Source of the DNA: Squalus acanthias
Lineage: Eukaryota
DNA: 64,000 nt
Reading direction: 5' to 3'
NCBI GenBank assembly: GCA_030390025.1
Contig: JASTWF010000036.1
Location: 2,668,001 to 2,732,000 of the forward strand
Shown here: positions 61,933 through 64,000 of the stretch, piece after piece
Layout: each line of letters begins with the position of its first letter
Position numbering within the stretch: the first letter of the stretch is position 1
Program-made: the position numbers and the translations under genes
The notes under the pieces: generated by a model
What the model was told of the DNA's origin: nothing
Databases searched by the model: none
Seen by the model: the letters and a program-made list of their open reading frames with translations, nothing else

Positions 61933-63599
61933 TCCAAAGCATAGAAACAGCAGGTCTAAGGAGGTCAGTACACAGCTTAAAGAACATATGATTGCAATTG
62001 TACACAAGAGAATTTCCGTGACCTGTAAATCATTTCATTAGAGAACGGAAAGAAAGTGAGGGTGCCTTCATTAATCCCAGACAGTTGGGCCTTCACATCT
62101 GGCATTAATCTACGGTGCTGAAACACTTCAGACTATTATTTCTATCTGACCTCACAGGTTTCAGGTGTCCCCACTTTAAAATGTTTCAGATTACTTGAAG
62201 TTTTGTGCTGTAATTTGTAGGATGCCCTTGACTTCACATTGTCCCAGATTTATATACCAGGTTTTGAAAATGGGCACTTTACTGCGTGGGACCCATTTGG
62301 GGCCTGGCTTCCCCTTCATACAACCCAAATGTGCAGCTGGGGGTGTTTTCAAGTTTGAAGAGTTCCCTTAGTTACCCTTCCCACTGCAAGTGGATGTCCT
62401 GCAAGACTCAGCTGATAATACATACAGAAAGAGGAAAACAACATCCAAATTCGTAACAATTCTGTACTTTGCCACCTGGAGATAGCAGTGATTTCCATTT
62501 TCTCTCTGTAGAACATGTTGCCCAAGACCTTGGGTGAGCCAGACGAGTAATCACTGTGGCCTCTTCAAATTAGCTTTTAGCCAGGAACTTTGTTCATCTA
62601 ATGTATGTATTTTTGATCTGTACTTCACTTTGTTGCTATTTCATCCTCATATTGCCCCTTTATTGTTGACATTAGCACCAGATTTCATTATCCCTCTGTT
62701 TTCTTATCTATTGTACATTAAATTTGGTATGTGGGGCACATTTCATCAAAAACTTTCATGGGAACCTTGCCCCAATAGACAAACTATACTGCCTATAGCA
62801 CCAGTTGGTGGTACTGTGATGGGAGTCACACCTTACCGGCCACAGATTCACTCAGCCTGATAGTGCACACATGGTAGGTAGGTAAATGTGTTAGGCAAAT
62901 GTTATGTAGTAATGAGACTTCAATGTAAAACAAAACAAACTATTTATTTCAATTTTCTAGTAACTTTTTTTTCATGATTTATACAATCCCTTTCATCCCC
63001 ATCCCCTTCTTGGCATCCTGATCCCATATTTTGTCACCCACCTGCCTCCTTCCCTACATCTGGGCACTCAGAATATATAGAATTTAAATATTAAATTAGT
63101 TTCAAATAACCTTTGGTCCTTAATTCTCCCTCTTTCCATCTCCTCATCTAAAATTTGTTGCATGAAAAGTTACATTTTTCCATCCTTGGGCCATCCATGC
63201 CCGCAGGAGGCATCACTGTACTCTTATAATTTCTCAGTGGTTATCAAGCAAAGTATTGTTCCAATGCTCTGAAACAGACACAAGTATTTAATAAGGAATC
63301 CAAGCAACAGCCCCAGGGTCATTTTTAAATCTGTTAGCCACTCGCTTTGCCATCCCAAACCTCTCCCTTAACAGAATCCAGGAGCGAGGCAGCAAAGGGT
63401 AGCTCACCGCAACACCACAGGAAATCCGACTGGTAGTAAAGAAATAACAAGTAAGCTTATTTAAAAACTGATGCGTCACCAGCTCACTTTGCTTGTGACT
63501 GAATAATACTATGCCAATTCCAAACATTCTAGCAACTTTTAATGTGCTAGCAGCCTACACACGATCTACAACAAAACTTAATTACTTTGACATCACTTA

Positions 63600-64000
63600 C
63601 AAAGAGCTTCTAGACAGGTTTAAAACCAATAAATCTCCAGGGACAGATGTTATATACCCATGAATGTTAAAACATATTAGGGAGAAAATCTACAAAGCGC
63701 TGATGGTCATTATAAGAGAATCAGTGAATACAGGGAGGTCCCACTGGACTGGAAACAAGACAGCACGGTACCTACTTTCAAAATTGGTGATAAAACAAAC
63801 CCAAGTAATTATTAGCTTTGAATCAAAAATTGGCACAATAATTAAATTTATCACAGGAACAAACTTGAAAATTACCAATATAAAAACAATCTGGTAACAT
63901 CCAACATGGTTTCAGAAGGGCAAGGATCTTGCCTGATCAAGCTCTTAATTATTTTTGTAAGTGACATTCCAAGTGGACTCTGGAAAGCCTTTGATAAAGT
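63600..64000 (+). mobile_element. Highly degenerate CR1 RT fragment
   Basis: NKSPGTD..YP, QHGFRRARSCL-like and KAFDK remnants. Confidence 0.65.

Overview
Vertebrate genomic DNA, most likely from a cartilaginous fish (shark). That is inferred from the repeat repertoire: CR1, L2, Deu-type SINE, Penelope and Harbinger elements. The only host gene I can support is a two-exon METTL7A/TMT1A-type SAM-dependent thiol methyltransferase on the + strand (6591-7085 joined to 24353-24589, 243 aa, 17.3-kb intron). Most of the rest is transposable elements, often nested. There are two full-length but frameshifted PIF/Harbinger transposons (15459-19490 and 32646-36434), each with TIRs, a 3-bp TSD, a HARBI1-like DDE transposase and a convergent three-exon Myb/SANT gene, plus further Harbinger relics and MITEs. 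There are also hAT MITEs, Penelope-like elements with hammerhead-ribozyme motifs (one with an intact core, one in a 105-bp-arm hairpin), a solo LTR that carries the first AATAAA downstream of METTL7A, a long L2, an RTE LINE and many CR1 copies. One CR1 copy is a tail-less 2.27-kb insert that is a single stop-free reading frame, nested in an older CR1. I saw no rRNA, tRNA gene or CRISPR array. All coordinates were read by eye; repeat family names come from recalled motifs, not database searches.
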